A stretch of DNA of 62,202 bases. Source: Candidatus Bipolaricaulota bacterium. Lineage in GTDB: Bacteria; Bipolaricaulota; Bipolaricaulia; M55B111. The notes under the pieces are model-generated. The model searched no databases. It was not told where the DNA came from and saw only the letters and a program-made list of their open reading frames with translations. The position numbers and the translations under genes were made by a program. The DNA lies in assembly GCA_018335015.1 (NCBI GenBank), contig JAGXKX010000003.1, positions 1-62,202 of the forward strand, read 5' to 3'. Of this stretch, positions 47,931 through 57,297 are shown piece by piece. The stretch's first letter is position 1; each line of letters opens with the position of its first letter.

Positions 47931-48809
47931 ATGATCTTCTTTAGAAAACTATTGATCGGACCACTCAGAAGGTTAAGGGAGGCCATGGGTCGACAGAAGT
48001 TACTTGCCGTCGGGGGAACCGTAGTTGTAATATACCTGCTGATTACAATCCTTGCACCATGGATTGTTCCTTATGATCCGGTGGAATATAGATCGGCACC
48101 CCGGCTGGCTGCTCCTTCTTTGAAGCATCCCATGGGAACCGATCAACTTCAGAGGGACCTTTTCTCGCGAGTGATTAGTGGCGCCAGGGCCCCCATAATA
48201 GTTGCTTTTGGCTCGATAGCACTTTCCATGAGCGTCGGGACCCTGTTTGGGTTGATAGCCGGCTACGTCGGTGGAGCTCTGGACCGAGCCTTTTCTCTTA
48301 CCATGGACGCGCTCTATTCCTTCCCATCGATTATCCTTGCAATAGTGCTGGTTGCGGTACTTCAGCCCGGCGTAGATACGATGATTCTCGCAATTTCCGT
48401 CGTCTACATTCCAACTTACTTCCGGGTAACCAGAGGCGAAGTGTTGACAATCAAAGAGGAAACTTTCGTGGAAGCCGTTCACGCGATGGGGGCCAGCAAC
48501 GTTAGGGTCGTGTTCAGACATATCGCTCCTAACGTAGTCAACGCGATCATGGCGGTTTCTTCGTTCAACATAGCCGACGCTATTTTGACAGAAGCGGCTC
48601 TCGCCTATCTCGGTTTCGGCCTGCCTCCACCGACCCCGGACTGGGGCTTCGACATTCAGAACGGCCAGAAGTTCCTCCAGGCAGGTTACTGGTGGCTGGT
48701 TACTTTCCCCGGTCTAATGATTGTGTTCCTTTCACTCGGATTTGGCCTGGTAGGAGAAGGAATTAGTGACCTGCTCAACCCCAAAAGGCAGCAGCGGAAA
48801 ACGGGTTAG
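47931..48809 (+). CDS. oligopeptide/dipeptide ABC transporter permease (OppC/DppC type)
   Basis: HPMGTDQLQRDLFSRV N-terminal block and FVEAVHAMGASN...FRHI.PN EAA loop. Confidence 0.9.
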   Translation: MIFFRKLLIGPLRRLREAMGRQKLLAVGGTVVVIYLLITILAPWIVPYDPVEYRSAPRLAAPSLKHPMGTDQLQRDLFSRVISGARAPIIVAFGSIALSMSVGTLFGLIAGYVGGALDRAFSLTMDALYSFPSIILAIVLVAVLQPGVDTMILAISVVYIPTYFRVTRGEVLTIKEETFVEAVHAMGASNVRVVFRHIAPNVVNAIMAVSSFNIADAILTEAALAYLGFGLPPPTPDWGFDIQNGQKFLQAGYWWLVTFPGLMIVFLSLGFGLVGEGISDLLNPKRQQRKTG

Positions 48810-49110
48810 ACGTTAACCGGGAAAATTCTTTTATCCTGTCAAAACTCTAAATAATCGAAACTCCCTATTTCTGGGATTTTATTTTGGGGTCAACGGATGA
48901 CGTTCAGTAATTTTACCCCGACGTTTTACTTGATCAATAATCCTTTCTGGTGTTAAACTTACTATTGTAAACTGGTTATCAGATGATCAAGTTTCCGAAG
49001 GAGAAGCACAATAATTGATATTGTCCGGGGGTGGTAAAGGGCAAATACTCTTGAAACTGGAGTTAGAAGATGATGAATTTCCGAGAGTTAAAATCAAGGA
49101 GGTCTAAAAT

Positions 49111-50664
49111 ATGAGGAAGCTTTATATATTTACTTTAGTTGCCGTACTTACAGTAGGGTTTTCATTAGTTGGATTTGGTGCAGGTGGTCCGGATACGCTG
49201 GTCATAGGAACGACGGATAGGGTTACTCAACTTTCACCCGCCAATTCCTACGACCACTATAGCTGGCACGTCTTACGAATGATTAGTGATTCGCTGCTAA
49301 AAATCGAGCCGGGGAGCACGGAAGTCGGACCCGCACTTGCCGAGGACTGGGAAGTCGGCCCGATGGCGAAGGAATATACCTTCCATTTGAGGGAAGACGC
49401 GACTTTCACCAACGGAGATCAGGTCACCGCCGAAGACGTAAGGTGGTCGTTCGAGAGGGCAATGAATCTCGACGGTCCAGAAGGCGGAGTTTTCCTTATC
49501 GGTGCCCCGATTGACACGATGGAAGTCGTAGACGATTATACTTTGAAAATCACTTTGGTTGAGCCCAACGCCACTTTCCTGAAGCGAGTTACGGGACAGG
49601 TCGGTCCCGCTCTGGTCTGGAACAAGAATGGAACTCCTGCGGACGACTTTGCCAAGGGGGAACTTGTCGGTGTTGGTCCTTACACGCTTAACAGTTACAA
49701 GCCCAACGAGTCGGTCATATACGAAGCTTACGAGGACTACTACGGCGGAGCGCCGGAGATGAAGACGGTCATCGAGCTTAAGTACTCCAATAGCACCGGT
49801 CTGAGAACGGCACTAGAAGCAGGAGATATAGACGTTGCCTTCCGGACGATGAACCCAGTCGATATCGAGGAACTCGATAAATCCCCGGATTTCGAAACTC
49901 AGCATACACCGAACAGTCCGAGTGTCAGATACTTGCTGTTCAACGTAACCAACGAGGTATTCAGCGACGAGCGAGTCCGGCGCGCGGTAACTTATGCGGT
50001 CAACAGGGACAAAATTGCCGAACAGGTATTTAGCGGCTTGGCCGACCCCATTTACACGATGGTGCCCCGGGGCTGGAACGGCAGACTGGATACCTTCCCC
50101 GAGCAAGACCTTGAACAAGCAGAATCTTTGTTAGAATCAGCAGGCTATACCGCTGACGATCCGCTTGAAGCTACCCTCTGGTTTACTCCCAGCCACTACG
50201 GAACGACCGAAGCGGACGTTGCTGCCGTGCTGCAGGGAAGTCTCGACCAGCTCGATAACTTCAGCGTCGAGGTAAAGAGCCTGGAATGGGGTGCTTACAC
50301 CGAGAGGATGGCCAATGGTGGATTTGGCATGTTCCTGCTCGGCTGGTACCCGGACTACCTGGAAGCGAGTAACTTCCTCGAACCATGGACAACGGGGTCC
50401 CCGGAGGGACTAGGTACCTTCTTTAACAACCATCCCAACTACGATGCTTACAAAAAGATCGTGGACACGGCGAAATCCCTCCCGGACGAAGAGAGGAGAG
50501 GAAACCTTTACGAGGCGTTTCAAATTCTAAGTTCTCAGGACGTTCCGTTCCTCCCTCTCTGGGCTAACCTGGCTCAAGCGTACGTCGTTTACCAGCCCAA
50601 CGTGGAAAATATCTTCGTTGACGCCACTATGGACATTAGAATCTGGGACGTTACGAAGAAGTAA
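49111..50664 (+). CDS. ABC transporter substrate-binding protein, family 5 (peptide/nickel type)
   Basis: Signal peptide followed by family-5 SBP architecture (AEDWEV..., F.LR.DATF.NG...TAEDV..S..R, GPY....Y). Strongly acidic. Confidence 0.88.
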   Translation: MRKLYIFTLVAVLTVGFSLVGFGAGGPDTLVIGTTDRVTQLSPANSYDHYSWHVLRMISDSLLKIEPGSTEVGPALAEDWEVGPMAKEYTFHLREDATFTNGDQVTAEDVRWSFERAMNLDGPEGGVFLIGAPIDTMEVVDDYTLKITLVEPNATFLKRVTGQVGPALVWNKNGTPADDFAKGELVGVGPYTLNSYKPNESVIYEAYEDYYGGAPEMKTVIELKYSNSTGLRTALEAGDIDVAFRTMNPVDIEELDKSPDFETQHTPNSPSVRYLLFNVTNEVFSDERVRRAVTYAVNRDKIAEQVFSGLADPIYTMVPRGWNGRLDTFPEQDLEQAESLLESAGYTADDPLEATLWFTPSHYGTTEADVAAVLQGSLDQLDNFSVEVKSLEWGAYTERMANGGFGMFLLGWYPDYLEASNFLEPWTTGSPEGLGTFFNNHPNYDAYKKIVDTAKSLPDEERRGNLYEAFQILSSQDVPFLPLWANLAQAYVVYQPNVENIFVDATMDIRIWDVTKK

Positions 50665-50688
50665 AAGGTAAATTTAAAGGAAAATTTT

Positions 50689-50718
50689 GGGCCGTCTCAA
50701 TTTGGGACGGCCCTTTTT
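50689..50718 (+). terminator. rho-independent terminator (possibly bidirectional)
   Basis: gggccgtc (50689-50696), 9-nt loop, gacggccc (50706-50713), then TTTTT. aaaatttt precedes the stem. It sits between convergent SBP and ftsA-like genes. Confidence 0.8.
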
Positions 50719-50773
50719 ATTTGAGGATCAGGCGGGCAAGTATTCGGACTTTTCTGGTAAACGGTCCGCTTTG

Positions 50774-52000
50774 CTATGAACCAGGAAAAACAGTTCTTAA
50801 TTTCTCTCGAATCCAGGTGAAGAGTTTAAATTCACCTGAATCGTGAGAGGTCGTTCCTTTATCCTCGATCCGCTCGTCCGTAATGCAGTTCAAAAGACCC
50901 AGTACCGGACCGTAACCAGGATCCTCGACCACGTCTTTAATACCGACGACCGGTCGGGTAGGTGTACCCCGTTCGAAGTGTGGCTCAAAAGTATCATTGA
51001 GGAACTTTATCAGACCGTCTAACCGGGAACTTCCGCCCGTAATCTTTATTCCGTAGTTCAGCAATTGCTCCTGGTTTCTTTCCCTGGCCCTGGATAGTAT
51101 CATTTCGAATATCTCCTGAGTTCTGTCCGATAAGGTCGAGTGCATTTCCCATCGTTTCCTTTCCCCGTATTTTTTCGGGCCATCCTGGAATTGGTTAGAG
51201 GTTTTTAGCTCTTCTCTCGGGCCCGAGAGATCAAACTTGTGTTTGATGTTTCGGGCTTCCTCCCTCGGTACGTTTAGCTTTGCGGAAAGGTCCCCGGTCA
51301 GGTTTTTCCCGCCGAGGGAGAAGGAATCCTGTTCTACCAAACCCCCTTCCCTAAAGAGGAGCAATTCGGTCGTTTCCCCCCCGAAGTCAATTAGTGCCTT
51401 CCCCCTGGTTCTTTCCTCTTCCGTCAGCAACAGACCTCCCAGGCACTGAGGTAGTGGTAGTAATCCAGCGAGTTCACAGCCCGCCCTGGAGGCGGTTTCT
51501 TTGAAATTGTTTACCCACTTGTCATCGACCGTCACCAGGGTAGCGACCACCCCAAGCCTCCGCCCCTGCAATCCCACCGGATTGGTGACACCTTCCTGAC
51601 CGTCGAGAGTAAAACCCTGGGGAATTGTAGATATGATTTTATTGTTTGTTCCTACTTCGATCGAGCTAACTAGATCTTTAAGTCGCGCTACGTCCCTCTG
51701 ACTGATGATCCGGTCCTCGGAAGTTATTGTTACAGTGGCTTCGTTTGTCGAGAAGCGGAGAGGTTTCCCCCCTATGCCGAGGTGAATCGACTGAATTTGC
51801 TCCGACGCCATCTCTTCAACTCTTTTCGTTGCTTCTTTCAGTGATTCACCGGCGGAACCGGGTTTAACTAACCGACCGTTTTTTACCCCGTTGCTTTCGC
51901 TCTTCCCTACAGCCGCTAGAGAAATTACTCCTTCCTCCTGTTCTCCCGCTACCACTTTTGTCGTGCGGGTCCCGATGTCGGCCACGGCCACTAAACTCAT
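50774..52000 (-). CDS. ftsA: FtsA-like actin-family cell-division protein
   Basis: VADIGTRTTKVV phosphate-1, QGFTLDGQEGVTNPVGLQGRRLGV, IDFGGETT, GG.SRL, and a C-terminal amphipathic helix (FKLFTWIREKLRTVF). Confidence 0.8.
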   Translation of the reverse strand: MSLVAVADIGTRTTKVVAGEQEEGVISLAAVGKSESNGVKNGRLVKPGSAGESLKEATKRVEEMASEQIQSIHLGIGGKPLRFSTNEATVTITSEDRIISQRDVARLKDLVSSIEVGTNNKIISTIPQGFTLDGQEGVTNPVGLQGRRLGVVATLVTVDDKWVNNFKETASRAGCELAGLLPLPQCLGGLLLTEEERTRGKALIDFGGETTELLLFREGGLVEQDSFSLGGKNLTGDLSAKLNVPREEARNIKHKFDLSGPREELKTSNQFQDGPKKYGERKRWEMHSTLSDRTQEIFEMILSRARERNQEQLLNYGIKITGGSSRLDGLIKFLNDTFEPHFERGTPTRPVVGIKDVVEDPGYGPVLGLLNCITDERIEDKGTTSHDSGEFKLFTWIREKLRTVFPGS

Positions 52001-52063
52001 AGCAAGATCACTTCCAAGGATTTTGAGTCCGATGATGCGGAAGAGTAATCCGAAACCAGTTAA

Positions 52064-52081
52064 CCCGGATAATTATCCGGG
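52064..52081. promoter_or_regulatory. perfect 18-bp palindrome (operator-like) in the divergent ftsA-like/eno control region
   Basis: cccggataa|ttatccggg is perfectly self-complementary. It overlaps the start of a second 7-bp stem, gggcaga...tctgccc. Confidence 0.35.
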
Positions 52082-52143
52082 CAGATAACCGACTTTCAAC
52101 CGTCTGCCCGAGTTAATTAGCCCGGCTCGTTTCTTTGGGGCGC

Positions 52144-52173
52144 GTTGCAGTACTGACGTATAATCGATTATAA
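52144..52173 (+). promoter_or_regulatory. candidate sigma70-type promoter for eno
   Basis: TTGCAG (52144-52149)-18 nt-TATAAT (52168-52173). A second TATAAT at 52158-52163 is too close to the -35 box. Confidence 0.45.
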
Positions 52174-52236
52174 TATTTTGTCCGAGCCTTTGCTCGTTTC
52201 ATTTCTAAAAAAATTATCGTAAAAAGGATGATACCA

Positions 52237-53493
52237 ATGGCCAAGATACGAGAAGTAATTGGAAGAGAAATTCTTGATTCGCGGGGAAACCCGACGGTGG
52301 AAGCAGAAGTCGTGCTGGAGAATAGTGCCTGGGGAAAAGCCGCTGTCCCGTCCGGTGCTTCGACAGGCAAGTTTGAAGCTCTGGAGTTGAGAGATGGGGA
52401 CCCGGATAGGTACGGGGGAAAGGGTGTCCGTAAGGCCGTCGAAAACATAAACGAAGAAATTTCCTACGCTCTTGATGGTTACGATCCTTTGTGGCAGGAA
52501 AAGATAGATCAGCGGTTGATTGATCTTGATGGAACCGAGGACAAGAGCAACCTCGGCGCGAACGCGATCCTGGGTGTTTCCCTCGCGGTGGCTCGGGCGG
52601 CCGCGAACGACCTGGGAGTACCTCTTTTCAAATATATCGCAGGCGTGACACCTGCCAGTCTTCCTATTCCCATGATGAATCTGGTTAACGGTGGCGAACA
52701 CGCGGATAACAATATAGACCTCCAGGAATTCATGGTAGTGCCGATAGGCGCCGGTTGTTTTGCCGAGGCGGCCCAGATGGGTTCCGAAGTTTTTCACAAG
52801 TTGCAGGAAATTTTAACGGGCAGAGGTATGCCGACTTCGGTCGGAGACGAAGGCGGTTTTGCTCCGGATCTGGACGGTGAGGAGGAAGCGCTGGGTCTTC
52901 TGGTCGAAGGTATAACGGAGGCAGGATACGAGCCCGGAGATGACGTGGCCATCGCTCTGGACCCCGCGGCAAGCGAGATTTACCGGGACGGCACTTATCA
53001 CATCGGAGGATCTAGCCTCACGTCCGGGGACATGGTTGAACTCTATGACGAGTGGGTGGATGAATTCCCGATAATTTCAATAGAGGACGGTCTGGATCAG
53101 CAGGACTGGGACGGATGGAAGGTAATGACCGATAGACTGGGGGACAGGGTCCAAATAGTGGGAGACGACCTTTTTGTGACCAATGTCAAAAGATTGCAAA
53201 GAGGAATAGACCAGGGGGCTGCCAATTCTATCTTGATCAAGGTGAATCAGATTGGCACTCTTACGGAAACTATTCAAGCAGTACGAACTGCTTTGAGATC
53301 TGGTTACTCTGCCGTAATTTCTCATCGCTCGGGTGAAACGGAGGACACGTTCATCGCGGACCTGGCAACCGGATTGCCCACCACGCAATTGAAATCCGGT
53401 TCCCTATCTCGAAGCGATCGGCTAAGTAAATACAACCAGCTACTCAGAATCGAGGAAGAATACGAATTACCTCTGGCCGAGTGGCCGATGTAG
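52237..53493 (+). CDS. eno: enolase
   Basis: [34 protein letters not shown] and [12 protein letters not shown] 52237 has AAGGA 9 nt upstream. Confidence 0.96.
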   Translation: MAKIREVIGREILDSRGNPTVEAEVVLENSAWGKAAVPSGASTGKFEALELRDGDPDRYGGKGVRKAVENINEEISYALDGYDPLWQEKIDQRLIDLDGTEDKSNLGANAILGVSLAVARAAANDLGVPLFKYIAGVTPASLPIPMMNLVNGGEHADNNIDLQEFMVVPIGAGCFAEAAQMGSEVFHKLQEILTGRGMPTSVGDEGGFAPDLDGEEEALGLLVEGITEAGYEPGDDVAIALDPAASEIYRDGTYHIGGSSLTSGDMVELYDEWVDEFPIISIEDGLDQQDWDGWKVMTDRLGDRVQIVGDDLFVTNVKRLQRGIDQGAANSILIKVNQIGTLTETIQAVRTALRSGYSAVISHRSGETEDTFIADLATGLPTTQLKSGSLSRSDRLSKYNQLLRIEEEYELPLAEWPM

Positions 53494-53538
53494 TGCTTGG
53501 TCAGCCAAATTTCACGGGACGGATCCGCATAACTAGTT

Positions 53539-53853
53539 ATGGGAGCTACCTCAAATAAGAGTTCGCGAGTCAGAGAAATTTTGGATAATCGGACCGTTCC
53601 TGTTTTGCTAATTATTGCCTTAATCATCGCCGGTTTTCTGGGCTGGATCTACTGGAAAAGGTTTCAGAATATTTTTTCCCTCCAGGCCGAGATAGCTCAA
53701 TTGAAGGAAGAGAGGGACGATATAAGGCAAGATATCTCGGAACTACTGGATAAGAGGAACAAACGGAATGACCTGGACTACGTAGAGAAGCTGGCAAAAG
53801 AAGAGCTCGGATTTATTTACCCCCCGGATGAGGAGCCCGAAGAAAACGGTTAG
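53539..53853 (+). CDS. ftsB: septum formation initiator FtsB/DivIC family
   Basis: Single N-terminal TM, coiled coil (LQAEIAQLKEERDDIRQDI), then D.DYVEKLAKEELGFIYP; follows eno. Confidence 0.8.
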   Translation: MGATSNKSSRVREILDNRTVPVLLIIALIIAGFLGWIYWKRFQNIFSLQAEIAQLKEERDDIRQDISELLDKRNKRNDLDYVEKLAKEELGFIYPPDEEPEENG

Positions 53854-53867
53854 CCCGAAGGAGAACT

Positions 53868-56800
53868 ATGGATTTCGTCCATCTGCATACCCATTCCGAA
53901 TATAGCCTCCTGGACTCGACCAATACGATCAGGGGTTTGCTGGAGAAAGCAAGAGACCAGGGAATGTCGGCAATTGCTCTGACCGATCATGGCAATATAC
54001 GGGGCGCAGTTGAGTTCTATCAGGAGGCTCAGGACGTCGGAATAAAGCCGATTATCGGCTGCGAGTTGTACGTAGCCCCTGAGAGCCGACACGAAAAGCG
54101 AGGCGGCAATCAGGGAGGAGATAAATACTTCCACTTGGTCGTCCTGGCAAAGAACAATCAGGGCTATCAGAACCTCGTAAAGCTATCCAGCAAGGCATTC
54201 ACGGAGGGTTTCTATTACAAACCCAGAGTGGATAGGGAGCTTCTTTCCGAGTATTCGGACGACCTTATTGCTCTCAGTGCCTGCAAGAGCGGAGAGGTCC
54301 CGAAAAAATTACTCCAGGGCGACTACGATGGCGCGGTAGAAGCCGGAAAAAAATACTCCGAAATTTTTGGTGCTCGGGACTTTTATCTCGAGCTTCAGGA
54401 CCAGAACGTAGAAGGTCAGGACGAACTGAACGATCAGTTAATTGAGGTGGCCGAAGAGCTCGACCTCGGCCTGGTCGCAACTAACGATGTTCACTATATC
54501 GAGCCGGAAGACCGGTTGGCCCACGAAGTCCTTCTGAATATAAAGGCCAACAAGAAGATCACCGACGAGGACAGGATGAGGTACGAGGGTGAGGAATACT
54601 ACCTGAAGTCTCCTGAGGAGATGCGAGAACGCTTTTCCCACCTTCCCGAGGCTCTTGAAAATACCGTCGAGATAGCCTCCCGGTGTGAAGTGGAACTCGA
54701 CTTTGGCGACGACTACCTGTTACCTCCGTTTGAAGTACCGGACGGTTACGGATCTTCTCTTGACTACCTGAGGGAACTGGTGGAGGTAGGTGCAAAGGAC
54801 CGCTGGGGCGAAATAACGGAGGAAATAGAAGACAGAATAGATCACGAACTCGGCATAATAGACGATATGGGTTACCCGACTTACTTCTTAATCGTCAGGG
54901 ACTTTATCGAATTCGCAAAGGAGAACGACATTCCCGTCGGGCCGGGTCGCGGATCGGCTGCCTCAAGCGTAGTTGCCTATACACTGGGGATTACTGACGT
55001 AGACCCGCTGGAGCACGATCTCCTGTTCGAGCGTTTTCTCAATCCGGGCCGGGTAAGCATGCCCGATATAGATATTGATTTTTGTATGGATGGAAGAGAC
55101 GAAGTCATCGAGTACGTGGTCGACAAATACGGGGAAAACCAGGTCGCCCAGATATGTACTTTCGATACTATGGCGGCCCGAAGCGCGATCAGGGATGTAG
55201 CCCGGGTTCTGGATATTCCCTACGATGACGCGGATAAGATCGCCAAGGCTATACCGCCCCGGAGTTCGCTCGACGAGGCGCTTGAGAACGTCTCTGAGTT
55301 AAAGGAAAAGTCAAAAGCCAATCAGACGTATAGCAGGTTATTCGAGGTGGCCGGTAAGCTGGAAGGATTGATGAGAAACGCTTCCACCCACGCTGCAGGA
55401 GTAGTTATTGCTCCGGGCGAACTCACTGATTACACGCCGTTGCAGCGATTGAGCGACGGCGAGGTTGTAACCCAGTACGACATGGATGTGCTGGAAGAAA
55501 TCGGGTTGCTGAAAATGGATTTCCTCGGTCTCAGGAACCTAACCATCATCGAGAATACTTTCGAACTGATAGAGGAGGTCGAGGGGAAATCCCTCTCTAT
55601 CCAAGATATCCCTGATGGTGATGAAGCCACCTACGAGTTGCTAAGAGAGGGGAAATCGGTCGGAGTATTCCAGCTGGAAAGTGAAGGGATGCAGGGATTG
55701 ATGAAACGACTCGAGCCCGAGGAGTTCGAGGATATAGTAGCGGCGAACGCGCTGTACCGTCCCGGACCACTGGAAAGCGGGATGACCGAGGACTACATTG
55801 AAAGAAAGCACGGAAGGCAGGACGTGACTTATCCCCATCCGGAACTGGAGGGCGTACTGGATGGAACTTACGGATTGCCGATATACCAGGAGCAGATAAT
55901 GCAGATGGCTCAGGAGCTAGCGGGGTTTTCGCTTCCTGAAGCTGATACCCTCAGGGTTGCGATGGGGAAGAAAAAGAAGAAAGTGATGAACCAGCTCAGG
56001 GAAAAGTTCATTCAGGGCTGCGTCGAGAACGGGATATCGGAAAAGAAGGCAAACGATCTCTTCGCCGACATAGACAAGTTTTCCCGTTACGGATTCAACA
56101 AGTCTCACTCGACAGCTTACGCCCTGATTTCCTACTGGACTGCCTGGCTAAAGGCAAACTACCCTGCCTCCTATATGGCCAGCCTTCTTACGTCCGTGGG
56201 AGGAAACGAAGACAAGGTGGAAAAGTACATAAAGGATTGTAACGATATGGGCATAGAAGTTCTCCCGCCTTCAGCCAACGAAAGCCTCCTTGGATTTGCC
56301 CCTACGGAAGACGGAAACATTAGGTTCGGGTTGGAAGCGGTAAAGTACGTGGGCTCGAAACCCGCCCGGTCCATCGTGGATAAACGGGACGACGGTTATT
56401 CTTCTTTCCTGGAGTTCTGTCAAAGGCTCGGAGGAGATCTAAACAAAGAGTCTCTGGAGAGCCTTATAAAGGTGGGGGCTATGGACGAGTTCGGGACGAG
56501 GAAGTACCTCCTGTCCCAGATGGATAAGGGCCTGGAGGTAAGCGGCATCTCTGCCGATCAGCAGAGGAGCGGCCAGCGGTCTTTCTTTGACCAGGGAATT
56601 TCTTTCCAGGAGAACGATACTTCGAAGAAAGAGATGGAGGAGTTCTCCCGGGGGGAGAAGCTCAGGCTTGAGAAAGAGTTCCTGGGTGTCTATATTTCCG
56701 GCGATCCCCTGGAAGAGCACAGGTTCGAGCTCGACTCCTTCTCCTGTTGTCAGCTGGACGAGCTGGATGGTGCAGAGCTTAACGGTTCTACGTGGCTGGC

Positions 56801-57287
56801 GGGCAGGATAAGTGAGATTAACGAAATAAGTACGAGAAGTGGCGACCCGATGGCTTTCATAACCCTTTCCGACGGGTTCGGGGAGCAGGAATTAGTAGCT
56901 TTTCCGAACGTATTTGACGAGTCGGCTTCCTCCCTGGTGACCGATAATATACTGTTGATAAAGGCAGAGATAGGGGAGAGAAACGGTGAAAGGCAGCTAA
57001 TTGTCCAAGAAGTAGTACCCATCGAGCAGGCCTGGACGGAAGTAGAAACTGAAATGGAGATAGTTCTGAACGCTAACCTCGTTTCTGATGAGATTCTGGA
57101 GAAAATTCAGAACCTCCCGGGGGAGGGGGACACGCCTGTCTACTTCACACTTACCGACGATCAGACCGATAGTTACAAGGTTGTAAAGGCCGGAAAAGAC
57201 TTTAGGGTAGCAGCCGAGAGAGAATTGCTGGAGAGGTTGGACGAGCTCGAAGAAGTGATGGACGTGAAATTGACCCCAAAGGAGTAG
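53868..57287 (+). CDS. dnaE: DNA polymerase III subunit alpha
   Basis: PHP domain FVHLHTHSEYSLLDS, GPGRGSAASS, PDIDIDF, LKMDFLGLRNLT, FNKSH..AYA and an OB-fold C-terminus. Confidence 0.96.
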   Translation: MDFVHLHTHSEYSLLDSTNTIRGLLEKARDQGMSAIALTDHGNIRGAVEFYQEAQDVGIKPIIGCELYVAPESRHEKRGGNQGGDKYFHLVVLAKNNQGYQNLVKLSSKAFTEGFYYKPRVDRELLSEYSDDLIALSACKSGEVPKKLLQGDYDGAVEAGKKYSEIFGARDFYLELQDQNVEGQDELNDQLIEVAEELDLGLVATNDVHYIEPEDRLAHEVLLNIKANKKITDEDRMRYEGEEYYLKSPEEMRERFSHLPEALENTVEIASRCEVELDFGDDYLLPPFEVPDGYGSSLDYLRELVEVGAKDRWGEITEEIEDRIDHELGIIDDMGYPTYFLIVRDFIEFAKENDIPVGPGRGSAASSVVAYTLGITDVDPLEHDLLFERFLNPGRVSMPDIDIDFCMDGRDEVIEYVVDKYGENQVAQICTFDTMAARSAIRDVARVLDIPYDDADKIAKAIPPRSSLDEALENVSELKEKSKANQTYSRLFEVAGKLEGLMRNASTHAAGVVIAPGELTDYTPLQRLSDGEVVTQYDMDVLEEIGLLKMDFLGLRNLTIIENTFELIEEVEGKSLSIQDIPDGDEATYELLREGKSVGVFQLESEGMQGLMKRLEPEEFEDIVAANALYRPGPLESGMTEDYIERKHGRQDVTYPHPELEGVLDGTYGLPIYQEQIMQMAQELAGFSLPEADTLRVAMGKKKKKVMNQLREKFIQGCVENGISEKKANDLFADIDKFSRYGFNKSHSTAYALISYWTAWLKANYPASYMASLLTSVGGNEDKVEKYIKDCNDMGIEVLPPSANESLLGFAPTEDGNIRFGLEAVKYVGSKPARSIVDKRDDGYSSFLEFCQRLGGDLNKESLESLIKVGAMDEFGTRKYLLSQMDKGLEVSGISADQQRSGQRSFFDQGISFQENDTSKKEMEEFSRGEKLRLEKEFLGVYISGDPLEEHRFELDSFSCCQLDELDGAELNGSTWLAGRISEINEISTRSGDPMAFITLSDGFGEQELVAFPNVFDESASSLVTDNILLIKAEIGERNGERQLIVQEVVPIEQAWTEVETEMEIVLNANLVSDEILEKIQNLPGEGDTPVYFTLTDDQTDSYKVVKAGKDFRVAAERELLERLDELEEVMDVKLTPKE

Positions 57288-57297
57288 AGTATATCGG

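Noticed and set aside
49070-49114. 14-codon upstream ORF (MMNFRELKSRRSKI) with GGAG 7 nt upstream. Its TGA overlaps the SBP ATG (ATATGA).
   Set aside because: The SBP gene has its own strong AAGGAGG RBS inside this uORF. There is no amino-acid-specific codon run that would suggest attenuation, and no way to test conservation here. It is probably a chance ORF.
52113-52972. Minus-strand ORFs of 111, 209, 74 and 80 aa overlapping the eno 5' half and its upstream region.
   Set aside because: They overlap the unambiguous enolase CDS, have R/P/S-rich shadow composition, and would leave no promoter space.
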